The notes under the pieces are model-generated. The model searched no databases, was not told the DNA's origin, and saw nothing but the letters and a program-made list of their open reading frames with translations. A program made the translations under genes and the position numbers. A stretch of 62,824 bases of DNA, the filler included, from Asterionella formosa (taxonomy: Eukaryota), in the NCBI GenBank assembly GCA_002256025.1. It is 10 parts of 10 records of this genome, joined end to end, with 100 filler letters (N's around TTAATTAATTAA, not from the genome) between each part and the next. Parts side by side here need not be neighbours in the genome. Positions count along the whole stretch, not along the records: positions 41,152 to 59,164 come from NKIB01004193.1; 9 more parts are not named here. The stretch is one strand, 5' to 3'. Positions within the stretch are counted from its first letter, which is position 1, and each line of letters starts with the position of its first letter. This document shows positions 46,216-58,119 of this stretch, piece by piece.

Positions 46216-49200
46216 ATGGTCCATTCGCAATCCGATCTGCCTGAAGGTGAACCTTCTCTATTAACAACATCAGTTACTGTGTCCGATACGACCTCGCCGG
46301 CTCATTCCCCTAGCAAGCTGCAAGATCCGGCCTTTAGAATACTTGGCAAAGGCGACCTTGTTCGGATAGCTGAAAGGTACATACTTGAACTGTCATTTCC
46401 CTTGCTAGACTTCGTCAACGGTGATTGATCATACACTAACTTGTACGTTTTTGCTTTAGACGTGGACCTGGAATAAAAAATAGAGACGGGGGTCTGGGGA
46501 GAATCATACGATCAATCTCAATACCTCAAGACGAACTGGATGCTATCCAGTCGCATGGTCCCTTGGATAAACATCCATTCCAATATGATGTGGATTTTGT
46601 GCTCGGAGGCAAGATATGCGGTGTACATCGACGCGACCTTATTTACACAACTGCTGATGCAGAAGGAATGACAGCTGATGGTGATTCGATGAGAGCTAAA
46701 CGTAAACGAAAGACAAGTTCAGCTGTTCTAGCAAGTCAATGCGCGCCCGGATCTCCCAAAACGAAGAAAGGAAAACCTGCCGCGAAAGGAGCGACAAAGA
46801 CGGGAGCAGCTAAAAAGAGATCTAACGGTAATGGTCTCCCAACATCAAAGAGAAAGTCTTGCGCCTCGAAAGGTGCGACCTCTGAATCTTCAAAAAAGCC
46901 TAAAGCTGATGAATCTTTGGTTGCCGCCGAAAGTAACTTCATTCCAAAGGACGTGTACGAGAGACATTACCGAGAGTTTGAGAGAATGGTCACTCGCTTA
47001 GAGAAAATAGATCAATTCGGTTTCTTCTGGGAAACTGAAGAAGGTGAGGAGTTCAATGGCGGGGACCAACCCATTGCACGGGTGTCAGACCACCTGCTAA
47101 ATGACACGGAACTAGGATATTCAAACTCATCATTAGTCCCTCCTGGTCAGATAGAGACCCAGATAGGTACATCTGCTGCTGGAGAGGTAATTTTTCCACC
47201 ACCTTTTCTATCATCCCATCCTATATTGGATCCATTCGTGAAGCCACCAATTTTTTGGGGCGATATCAGGAAGCGCCGCGAGGCTGGAAGGTACGAGATG
47301 GATAGAGTAACAGCGATTGAAGAGGAGAGGCGAAGGCGACTTGCACCGTATAAAACTTGGAAGCGAATGAACAAGAGAGTGACAGAGAGTCTGAAACCAA
47401 AGATACCGAAGGGAATGCATCCACGTGTTTTGAATCCAAAAGGTGTTCACTGGGACTTGTATAGGAAGGACATTGTCGCCATGTGTGATGCAGCTTTGGC
47501 GAAAGCTGGGGACAACGGTGAAGGTGGATCTGGTACACTGGGTTATGCTGCCAAGAAAATCAAAGATGTGAGTTCAGGCAGGTAGTCTCATGTTCAAAGT
47601 TCATTTATTTTTTTCGTTTTGCTAATATGCCATGTTGCTTTGAATAGGAAATGGAGAAATTGTACGAAAGAACAGGAACGCGTCACTTTGCAGAATTGCG
47701 AAATGCAGATGCTCGCCACGAATTCTCCCTAGCGCTGCAAGCAAGCGATAACAAAGAAGCTGCTTTTCAAGGTGACTGGCGGCGAATACCGTTTCCTGAA
47801 CGAGAGTATGATCGTCTCTCATCAAATCTTATTTGTTCGGGATTGGGACCAATTGATGAGCTTAGCGCCTCTTATGAGCTTCGAACTACTTTACCCGATG
47901 GTTTTTTGGGGATTTCTTATAAATATAACGATACTGGCCAAAGTGAAGGGTGGATGAAATCTGTTTTATGCGAAAGTTCTCAGGAAAAGGAAAGAAAGGG
48001 GACCACTGAAAATCGTAGTAACAACGAGGCCAAGGCGGCAGAGCTGCTAGCATCTGATCAAGGTGTCGTGAGAGCTCAAGTTCAAGCAACGATGCAGCAT
48101 CTTTTGATACAAGTACAAGACAAAGTGATGACAGACCAAGGCATACTAAGAGGTCAAGAACTTCGGGTTGCCAACTGGGAGAATTCTTTGCCTGACCCGG
48201 AGTTAGTGGAACAGCCTGTTTGGGGAATGGATTGCTACACTCGTCGAAATGTTATGATTTGCTTGTCAGTTGAATTCGATTCGGAAACTGCCCTAGAGTA
48301 CATAGAGCATTGGCTGCTACCGGCCATGAATGCATGTCCCGCGAGTTTGGCCCATGACATGACCAATGCCGCCAAAATCTTGGAAGAAATACCACTGCAG
48401 GAATCAGACAAGGATGGCAACGCATACTGGAGTCATTCATTGCTTGGGCGAGCTCTGACGGCCAAAATTAGAAACTTTGGTCCTCCATGGCTAACTTCTG
48501 TTTCTTATCAACTTCGCCGCGCAATCAGCACTCTTGGATACGATTTCTTTCGTGTTCACCCGAAAGGTCACGGATCGATTGTTTTGAGTCCCAAGTTGAA
48601 AGCAAACACACTTGTTACTTACTATAGGGGCGAAGTCTACCCCTCCTGGAGATGGGGAGAAAAGATGGATGCTATCGAGATGACACAAGAACGACTGGGA
48701 CTTAGACCAAACCTTCCGGATTTTTACAATATGGCTCTCGAGCGCCCACAAGCCGATCCGCGAGGTTATGGGCTTATGATCATTGATGCCTCCCGTAAAT
48801 CAGGCCATGGATCTATGCTCTCGCACAGCTGCGAGCCTACGTGCGAGGTCCGCGTGGCCTCTGTTAATGGTGTTCTAAGTCTTGCCATGACTACTTTGCG
48901 TGATATTGAACAAGGAGAGGAGTTGACTTTTGACTACAATGCCGTTACTGAATCTCTCACAGAATACAGTTCTGCTGTTTGCTTGTGTGGCTTTCGCAAA
49001 TGTCGGGGGTCTTTCCTGCATTTTGCAACAGCAGATTGCTATCAACGTGTTTTAAATAGGAACTCCCCAATAGCAGTACGCTTCGCGAATCTCGTCAAGG
49101 GGTGCATGAAAAAGGTAATGGGTACTGAAGATGAGATAATACTGACAAACCATGGTTTTGGATCTGCGGCATTCGGTGCAGTTAGCTTCAATCGCTACAA

Positions 49201-52200
49201 ACTACTAGGGGGGATGCCCAGCACGGCCAGACTCCACTCGTTGCAATATGTTCCTGTGTGGCTACGAACGTATGTAGCAGATATTCTACGATACATCGAA
49301 TATGAGCGACGGGCACTTCCTGTTGCCCTTCTATGCGATCACCTTGAGAATTTCAAGGTGAAACCGCCCGAAAGTCTAGGGAAATCAAAACCGCGAGTAC
49401 CATCGAAAGTTCCTGATAATGTCAAGCCTAAAGTCCGTGACAAACCCGAAAATGCGTACATCTTTTATTGTAGACAGAAAAGGGAGGAATTTACTGCACT
49501 TTTGCGAGAGAAAGGAGTGTTGGAAAATTTCAAGGGTCTCGAATCCGACCTAGCTGTTAAGAGAGCAATGGGTACTTCGTGGAAAGCACTAAGTGAGGAC
49601 ATGAAATCCATGTGGAAACAAAAAGCACTAGATGACTGGACAACGAATGCAACAGTGAATCAGCAATCAGGTGAGGTCAGGGTTAAGAAGCTAGGTGGAG
49701 GCCCGAATGATACTGACGTCATCGAGCGGCCGTCAATAGTGAAAAAATCTGATGATTCATTAGAAAATGATGAAAAGCATACGATGAACTCAATGAATTC
49801 TCTTACCAGTGCCAAGATCTCGTTCGAGGCTGCAGATGCCGAAGGAGTATCTGCAATGGAACAGCGTATTCAGCAGCTAACTCAAGCTCTCTCACGAATC
49901 GGTCGTGTTTTGGATCGTCACCGTCAAGCAGCACTGGGCTCAAGTGTCCCATCGGTGGAAACAATCAATCAGGTCCACGCGCCCTTATCTATTATGTCAG
50001 ATAGGAAAGCAATTAGTTGGATGTGGACGGATAGTGGGGGACCGGTCCAATCGCTCTTGCATTTCGTTGAGAACGAAAAATGCGCCAGTCCAGGCTTAAA
50101 AGAGTCACTAAAGAGAGTTGTCATGAAGAACAAATCGCTTTCTGATTTCTCCCTCGGTTGTGTTGAATTGAATAGCTGTGATTTGTCGCCCTCAGAAGCC
50201 CGAAATCAATTGGTTCAAGCATTATGTGAAATGCGGGATTGTCTTCTTAGTAGTTTGAATGAAATGGACAAAGATATGAAACGCTGTAAACGAGACTTTG
50301 TCCGGAAGCGAAAGGCGGAGCGAGAATTTTCGGAGGTCCCGGAGGCACGCTCCATTGTTGCAATGGTTCTTCAAGATTTGGTGAATCAAATCGCTGGTGA
50401 CAAATTGAAGCCTGTGTCACTATTGCATTCCGCTCCAGGTTCGGTTCAACCGCATCGCCTTCCGACGAAAGAACACGAGCAGCTACAGCTTGCTGTGGAT
50501 CAAGGCTTATGCGCACACACTCGTACTTTGTTACCTATTTATCGAGAGCTTGCGCGATTAATGGAGGAGATTCGTCGACGAGATGGTGAAAAGCAACGTT
50601 TTGTTTTTGACAAGGAGTACATCAAGATGCATGCATCACCGACACTCGTGGCCTACATCGCTGAAAAATCTATATCGCCTACATTTCACAAAAATATCAC
50701 CCGTGCCTTGGTCCCTTTAAAATTCAAAGATCTTTTTGAGGCATTGCGATGTATGATTCGCAAACGTTTCAAGAGCGACATGCCAGTTGATGACCTAATG
50801 GACGAGTTATGTCTCATTGATTTTCCAGTGACGAAGAGGGAGTCCCCCAAAGCCGTACCCCCTACCAAGCAAGTATATAAGGAAGCTGAAGTCATCATTC
50901 CCACCTTCACCCAAACCAGTAACAATGAGATGGAAGAGCCTTACAAATCAGGATTTTTTTCCATCGAGAAGGTTCCGTGGCTAGAGTATTTCGACGACAG
51001 GTGGAAACTTGAGGCGGCAGCAGATTTATTGGTCCTTTATGCGCGCACGACAACTTTTTTCGAGCTCATTCCCTACACTCCCTTGAAATCCACCCCCATT
51101 GAAGTATATGCCAGGGAGCTTGGAAATGCTGTGCCTAAATCGAAGATAGAAGTGGCACACGCGAGCTCTGTTGGCGATGCGGAAGGCGTTGTATTAGTTG
51201 CTTCGAACAACGTACAAATTGCGAAGAATCAAATCAACATTTCACCAGGTTCCAAAGAAGAGGATAGATTGCCTTCTAACCCAGGAACAGAATCGACAAC
51301 GATAGATGACCTTTGCAAGCCCGACGACGTGATTACAAATGTGACAGTATTATACGATGGTAGTTTCGTCTTATCCCAACTACTACAATGGTACAACGGA
51401 GGAATTGGTCAGAAATCTGGGCTCCCAGATATGCTTGGCTGTGTCGTTTTGCCTTCCATGAGTGGTTGTTTCAACGGGACTTTGAAGAAGAAGGGCAGTA
51501 AAGCAAACCCCAAAACAACGTATGCCTCTGAATTGCGGCAGTTGCTAGTTAAATGGCTAGAAGATCCACGGCAAAGAGGGGGTCCTCTTCCAGATGATCT
51601 CCGCCAAGTTTTTGCAGGCTCCAATGAAAGAATTTCTTCAGAGTCGAACTTGGTTTTCATGGGATCTCCCGTCCTTGACCTTCTGATAATGGGAGATGAC
51701 ACAAATTTAAATTTAGCTTTGAATGTTCTTCGGGATCACGCCGCGACTGAAATGGATTCATCTAGTCACAAGCCAGAGTCCGCCACGGACCACCTTCAGT
51801 CCACAGTCGACGAAGGTAGACCCGCACAAGCTGTTGCGAATTGGGTGCAATGTGAGAATCCAAAATGCTTGAAATGGCGGAAGGTTCCGTGGCATGTGGA
51901 CCTCGACATGTTACCGGAAAAGTTCTTTTGCATAGACAATGTGTGGAATATCTCGTCAAACTCTTGTGATGCCCCAGAAGAGGAATGGGATGAAAACGAC
52001 ACTCAATTACGAAATGACGGGATTGAAAAAAGTATTGATCATGCATCAAATGCAGTACCGGTACTTCCAAAAAGTAACACGAAAGCCACCAAGACGATCA
52101 TGACCAAAAGGCAGGCTGCTAAGGTACGAGCAGAAGCACGAGGGTCCTCAACACTATTGAAGCAAGGTATAACTGCTTCGGCGACCACTCGTTGCGAGGG

Positions 52201-53029
52201 TCTGCCTTTAACCTCGGAAAAAGAACTGCATTGCAATTATAAAGAGTTGAGTAAGGAGCAAATCGATAAAATATCCACCTCTGTTCCACATGCATTTCTT
52301 CCAAAAGCCAACAACAAAGCACAGAAGAAAATCAATACAAAGATTCATGTCTCGTATATGCGAGCAGAAGAAGGAGATACCTCGACGCTTTTGGAGCCAA
52401 GTCCAACCCTTTCGTCGCCCACTCAGTATGAGGAGCTGTCTGCAATTTCTGAAAAGGAGTTGCCTTGCAACGATGAAGGATTGATTGATGGAGTAGGGGA
52501 AACGACTAGCGCAGTTGAACCCCACGTTTTGAGTCGCTTGCCAAGAAAGAAAATGCGACCAGAACAGGACAGTAATTCTGGTCTCCTTTCCTCGTTTGTA
52601 AAACCATTCGCAACGTTGGACTCGATTCAGCGGGAACTGAACGGTAGAATCCCCCAAAAGCACGGTTGTCAAGCTGCGGTACCTAGAAAGAAGTCTTCTT
52701 CATGCAAACAGGAGTCACCAATGAAAATTAATGGAAGTCGAGAACTACCGGCGGATGTACCCAGAAAGAAAAGTTCACCTCAGACTGAGAAAGGCTCCGT
52801 ATTAGCTACTGAAGCGAAAAATAATGAGCCATCATCAATTCAAGAGCCACTTATTACTCCAGCAAAGCAGAGTCGATGGGGGCCGCGCTTGACATTCCGA
52901 GAAGAAGTACCAGTAGATCTGAATGGGACGTCACGCTCGGATTTTTTTGATTATGAGTCGGAACAAGAATGGTTTGAAGACAAGCCTCATCCTTTGCTCG
53001 GCTCAAGATTTCTTCAACGGAAGTGGTGA
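46216..53029 (+). CDS. ATXR3/SDG2-like SET-domain histone methyltransferase with bromo-like, HMG-box and CW zinc-finger domains; exons 46216-46376, 46460-47567, 47648-53029
   Basis: YRGEVYPSWRWGEK, DFYNMALERP, SHSCEPTC, GEELTFDYNAVTES, CLCGFRKCRGSFL; HMG DKPENAYIFYC...WKALSEDMKSMW; CW WVQCENPKCLKWRKV...FFC..NVW...CDAPEE. Two GT-AG introns join the frames. Confidence 0.9.
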
Positions 53030-53223
53030 GAAGGTATCCCCCTTATGTACAAATACTACTTAACAATAGCAGTAGCGACTTTCGGTCTTGATGCACTCCA
53101 GCTCGTTGTACGAGGATGAGTCGTTAAGCTTATTGCTACCTACGTGCAACTTATAGTCAGGTCTATATCCAGTTACCTTCTATATCATCACATGATGAAA
53201 GCATTCTTTTGTCTAAGGCGACG

Positions 53224-54348
53224 CTAGACTCGATTTATTGGATTGCTGTTTCCTTGATCTTGCCTTCTCAACATTGTTATTGATTTGTTGAGAAAGCGAA
53301 TGGGCAGGAAAACTCCATACCTCAGAAAGAATCCGAGAACGGTTCTAAACGTATCAACTCCGACAATACCTCCCGCTTGAGCCAGAGATCTGAGCAGGCC
53401 AACGCTTTCCGAGCGACCCCGAATACCATAAAGAATAGCTTGAGCCCTTGAGAGATTTCGCTTCTCTCTCAGCTTCTTCATGGCTGCTTTTCTTCGATTA
53501 GCCTTTTCCGAAAAGAACATTTTGGAGAATGCAAAGATCATTTTCAAAACCACTGGTCTCTTTTGCTTCATTTCGTCAGTGGATAAAGTGTTTGGAGCCC
53601 CAACCTGTAGTTTGTCGCGCGAATACAGGCCAATCTCCTTCAAGTGTAGTTCAAAGAAACCCGGCCTGAAGTTCTCTAGACTCGTCATGCGTTCTGCAAT
53701 GACAAACTTACTCATTGTCAAACCAATTTGATAGATGCCTCCTGTGACATTCATTGGGTTCGCACCTTCCACGAAGCGCGCTCCTCTCACTCGTGAAAAT
53801 TTATCAAACGGTACCTTGATTCGAGCCCATTCGTCGTCCACTGTCTTGGGAATCTCAAACTGCGCTTGAAAAAGCTCCTCTCCTCGCGACGCTTCAGTTC
53901 TCGTGCTAAGCTTCCAGACACGTCGATCTGCCTCATCATCACTGACCAATCGACAGTCCACGTACAATCCTTCCGCGTTTTCAATCTTCAAGGGCTCGCT
54001 AAATGGGAGCGTCCGAGTGCCACAAAATCCGCCACCATCTTCTCTGCAAATGCCAGTCCAGGTTGCAAAAGGTTGACCTGGAACATTTTGCAATGCTGAA
54101 GTGCTAATCCCTCCCATGATTGCATCGTCGATGCGGTCAAAGCTATCTACAGTCGATTTAATTCCAAAGTCAAAGACTGGAGAGTATTTTACATCTTGTT
54201 CGGTGGAAGCGGACATGTGGCGGGTTGTCGCAACTTTTGTCGGATGTGGAGCCACCCGGCGGGCCAGCATTCTTGGCCTAAACGCGTGCGAAGTAGATAT
54301 CAAAAAAAGAATGCTCATCATCATCGGTGAAGCCCACGTTGTCGTCAT
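53224..54348 (-). CDS. CIA30/NDUFAF1-family protein, probably plastid-targeted
   Basis: RIDDAIMGGISTS, GGGFCGTRT, EWARIKVPFDKF; leader SILFLISTSHA-FRP (signal peptide followed by Phe). Confidence 0.85.
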   Translation of the reverse strand: MTTTWASPMMMSILFLISTSHAFRPRMLARRVAPHPTKVATTRHMSASTEQDVKYSPVFDFGIKSTVDSFDRIDDAIMGGISTSALQNVPGQPFATWTGICREDGGGFCGTRTLPFSEPLKIENAEGLYVDCRLVSDDEADRRVWKLSTRTEASRGEELFQAQFEIPKTVDDEWARIKVPFDKFSRVRGARFVEGANPMNVTGGIYQIGLTMSKFVIAERMTSLENFRPGFFELHLKEIGLYSRDKLQVGAPNTLSTDEMKQKRPVVLKMIFAFSKMFFSEKANRRKAAMKKLREKRNLSRAQAILYGIRGRSESVGLLRSLAQAGGIVGVDTFRTVLGFFLRYGVFLPIRFLNKSITMLRRQDQGNSNPINRV

Positions 54349-54429
54349 TGGTGAGGCTGAGAAAGGAATAGTTGATTAATTATATTTAGAAAATGTCAGG
54401 TTGTTGTTTTTTGAACTTCGTAAAATGTG

Positions 54430-54785
54430 AACAGTACCGGTAGTTGCTTCCCTTCATCACAGTCGTTGAGTGTGTGTCGTTCTCGAATGATGATACATAC
54501 GTATCATACATGATATGTAGTACCTAGGTACCGGTACCAGGGTACCTGGTACCACCTGGAGGAGGCAGAAGACTGCGTCACATCAGACGATGGATCATAA
54601 CATCATCATCATCGTTGTACCTCTACCGGTGGTCGAAGTATGGAGATCCACATACCCGGTACCTGGTGCTACTGGACCTGTTATTTGCTTGCTTCTATTT
54701 GTCAACTTGACCGTATTTCACATCACAATCAGGATATAGCGACCTATGAAATAGATCATATCCCGGTACCAGTAGTACACCTCAG
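54430..54785. promoter_or_regulatory. Divergent intergenic region (CIA30-like / elongase) with GGTACC-rich motifs
   Basis: About 465 bp lie between head-to-head starts, containing gtacctaggtaccggtaccagggtacctggtacc. A regulatory role is inferred from position only. Confidence 0.45.
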
Positions 54786-54812
54786 CTTTCCTCACTGCCA
54801 TCAGCAATCATC

Positions 54813-55747
54813 ATGGTGGACGTTATTTCAAGCGCATTCACTGTATGGCGCCCAAACATTCCGGAGTCTATTGACGGGAAGCCTCTTGCAACTCATCTTG
54901 GAGATTTATTCACAGCCTTTCCCACGGATCGCTTGCCTTCGAACTCATTAGTTGCCATGAGTATGAAACCCACTATTGTTCTCGCCATGGTTATATTTTA
55001 TCTCAATTCTAAAGGTCCCCTCAAGGACCTTTGTGGCATGCTCAAGATAACGGGCAAGTCCATATACTTTCGAACGGTTGTGGCTATTCACAATCTTTTC
55101 CTCGCCATCTTTTCGTTTCTTGTCGTCATTCATACGTGGCCTATCGTCGTGCAGCACTTGAATAACTACGGAATCAATGCTACCTACTGCGACCAGGAAG
55201 GAACACTCTGGAGCTCGGGCTTTGGCGCTTGGGCGACCATCTTTTACATTTCGAAATATTACGAATTCATTGATACTTGGGTACTTGTTATCAAAGGAAA
55301 GGAGCCGTCCTTCCTTCAAACGTACCACCATGTAAGTTGGCACATTACCAAAGTAACGGTATCAGGCCCATTGCTGCCGTATAGAAAGTGTTAACACATT
55401 GCTTTCAGGCCGGTATTGTCCTTACGATGTGGGGCGGAGTTGCCAGTCAGTCCGCTTGGTTGGTCTGGGTGGTTCTCTTGAACTCCATCATTCACACTCT
55501 CATGTACATATATTTCTTCATCAAGACGATTTGGCCCAAGACGGTCATAAAATCTGCTAAATACTTGACGAGCCTTCAAATTGCTCAGTTCGTTACTGGA
55601 ATCACTGGAACACTTGGAGTGGTTTATATGGGGGACTCGTGTGACACGACATCGTCTAGGTTCGTCCTCCTATGCCTTCAAGCCTATGGAGTCGGACTCA
55701 TTATATTGTTTAGCCAATTTGCGGCCAAAAAATACAAGAAAGCGTGA
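54813..55747 (+). CDS. ELO/GNS1-SUR4 fatty acid elongase; exons 54813-55331 and 55409-55747
   Basis: HNLFL, FYISKYYEFIDT, SFLQTYHH, NSIIHTLMYIYF, TSLQIAQF, and C-terminal KKYKKA; 77-bp GT-AG intron. Confidence 0.94.
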
Positions 55748-56171
55748 GTGAGTGGTTGGTGAAAGTTGTGAATTGATTCATAATCACCAGTAGTAACATG
55801 GTCCACTTTCTAGGCGTGGACCCGTATAATTTCGTTTATAAATTAGATACCGGTATTCAAGCTAATTTTGGTGGTGGCTGATGTATGTTATGACATCGAA
55901 ATAAATCAATAATACAGAGAGGACATGACAAGGAAATAATTGCAGAGCCATGCCGCTGCCAGTATGCATGGTAATTCTACTTTTATGGCAAAAATATAAT
56001 GCCGAACACCCTAAAGAGTAAAGGTTGGATTCTGTCTGATACGGATTGCACATAATGATAACTCTATACTAAATTAGACTATGGCTTTACCAAGTCAAAT
56101 CTCTAACGTCTAACTTGTCTAAACCTCCCAGATTTGCTCCTCTGCTACCGATTCTACGAAACACGATAGAC

Positions 56172-56220
56172 TTATAACTATTTCTCGTCATCCCAGCCCA
56201 TGACATCAGCAACGATAGGT
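56172..56220 (-). repeat. Degenerate duplicate of the PDI C-terminal coding sequence immediately after its stop
   Basis: The reverse complement reads PIVADVMGWDDEK*L*, echoing PIVA and ADIMGWDDEKEL*. Confidence 0.85.
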
Positions 56221-57540
56221 TTACAGCTCCTTCTCGTCATCCCAGCCCATAATGTCAGCAAGCGATAACTCTTCCTCAGGAAGTGCGGCTTCTTTGCCGT
56301 CCCATGGATCCACCGCAACGATAGGTGGTAGCTCCTTTGTCAACTTCACGGTCGCCTGTCGGCCAGACGTGATGCCATATAGAAATGAGGTAATGGATTT
56401 CTCACTAAACGATCCTCGCAAAATAGAATAAGCTTGGCGGTCTAAGGATAAGGCGACTATGGCTGGATATCCAAAGGTCAGTTCCATGGTTTGCTCCAAG
56501 TCATATTGGGTCCCACCTTCCACCCAAAGGAACGCAAACGCAGTTCCCCGAAATGTCTTGCTCACGGCAGCCAACATATCAAGGTACTTATTTCTTCCCT
56601 CCACACCAGACTCCAAAATATGAGGCAAGGCAGCAATGACGCAGATGCGATTGTTTCCCTTGCATGTTTCCGAGAAAATGGTTGAATTGGTCAGTTCTTC
56701 GACTTTCTTGGGAATGCCTGTTCGATCTACTTCGTCTAAGATTGCTTTTACAATGGCAGACGCGGTTCTCTGACCTTGATAGTCGGTTGCCTCTGATTTT
56801 CCGCCAGAAAATATTTTGATTGTAGGGTATCCCGAGACTCCGTATGACTGAGCCAGTTCCTTCTCAACAGTTGCGTCTACCAAACCGAGCAGAACATTTT
56901 CATTCAGCAGTTTTTCAGCTGCTTCTTCCCATTCTGGTAACAGCTGCTTGCAGTGGCCGCACCATGGCGCCACGAAGGCCACCATGGAAACTTGAGGATT
57001 GTCAAGAACTCGTTCTTGGAAGTTGTGGCTGCCCAAATTGACCACATGAGACTTGCCCGATGTTTTCTTCTTCTTGTGAGGCTGCCCGCCCGCCCCCGCA
57101 TTCGGATTAGCTTGTCTGGCATTAATCACAGCTACAAGTTCATCCGTCAATGCGGAAACCATCTCTTGAAGAGACCGCTCCCCCTTGTACTCCTTCGCCT
57201 TCGTTTTATCGTTTCCGAAAATAAATATGGAAGGAAATCCTTTGACTCCGTAATTGTCCGCAATTCTCTTTCCAGTCCCAGATGTTGCATCCACTGCAGC
57301 CAAGTGAAACACACCCCTCAAGATTGACGCAATGTGCTTGTAGCCGGGTGCCAATTGCTTGCAATGTCCACACCACGGTGCATAGAATTGTACCATCCAA
57401 ATGCCATCAGATTGCAGGACTTGTTCGAAATCGGATGTCTTGTTAATGAATTGGACATGCAGGTCGTCCTCGTAAAGCGATTGCGCTGTGCTTAGCAACG
57501 ATGCCAGGAGGAGGAGACTGGAGAGTAGCTTCATCATCAC
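56221..57540 (-). CDS. PDIA6: Protein disulfide isomerase A6/P5-like
   Basis: Signal peptide, two APWCGHCK thioredoxin domains, P5 C-terminal domain (ICVIAALPHILESG, FGYPA, PWDGK) and ER-retention-like EKEL. Confidence 0.93.
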   Translation of the reverse strand: MMMKLLSSLLLLASLLSTAQSLYEDDLHVQFINKTSDFEQVLQSDGIWMVQFYAPWCGHCKQLAPGYKHIASILRGVFHLAAVDATSGTGKRIADNYGVKGFPSIFIFGNDKTKAKEYKGERSLQEMVSALTDELVAVINARQANPNAGAGGQPHKKKKTSGKSHVVNLGSHNFQERVLDNPQVSMVAFVAPWCGHCKQLLPEWEEAAEKLLNENVLLGLVDATVEKELAQSYGVSGYPTIKIFSGGKSEATDYQGQRTASAIVKAILDEVDRTGIPKKVEELTNSTIFSETCKGNNRICVIAALPHILESGVEGRNKYLDMLAAVSKTFRGTAFAFLWVEGGTQYDLEQTMELTFGYPAIVALSLDRQAYSILRGSFSEKSITSFLYGITSGRQATVKLTKELPPIVAVDPWDGKEAALPEEELSLADIMGWDDEKEL

Positions 57541-58119
57541 TGTTGCTTCAATATTGAAAAATCAGCTGCTGAGGCGAGTGTTGCGAGGCAGTGTGGCAGT
57601 GCGAGTCGATGGGGCTCCATCACAGTGTAGCAGGTGCCAGTAAAAAACTGCCATGACCCATTGAGAATTTCTTTGAACTGCCGTGAACCATTTGAGCGTA
57701 GAATAACACGTTTTGCTATCAAACTTAAGTAAATGTAAATTCTGAGAGTTCTCGCTCCTTCTCGAGCATGTACCGGTAGGCTAGTCAGCTATGTATTTCG
57801 TTTGAAATTTGGAGTCATTGATCATCTCTGTAGATTGGCTGCCGGAAATAGTGAATCGACCAAAAAAACATAAAGAACACGGATTAGGGAAAGTTTCGAG
57901 TTCTCATCGTGATATAATATAAAACGATATATACAAGTATTTCGACATTGATTTAATTAGTGTCGGAACGTTAACCACATTTACAGAAATAAAGATTTTG
58001 TTTTGGTATTGAATTGTACAGAGATGGCAAATGATATGGGTGCGCCTATATCTGATTGAGGATTTTGATATATATGTATCTGTCAGTCCACAAAACATGA
58101 AAAACAGTACACAGCTATC

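Noticed and set aside
7065..55747. Lipid-metabolism gene cluster (HADHA plus elongase)
   Set aside because: The genes are on different contigs that were joined artificially.
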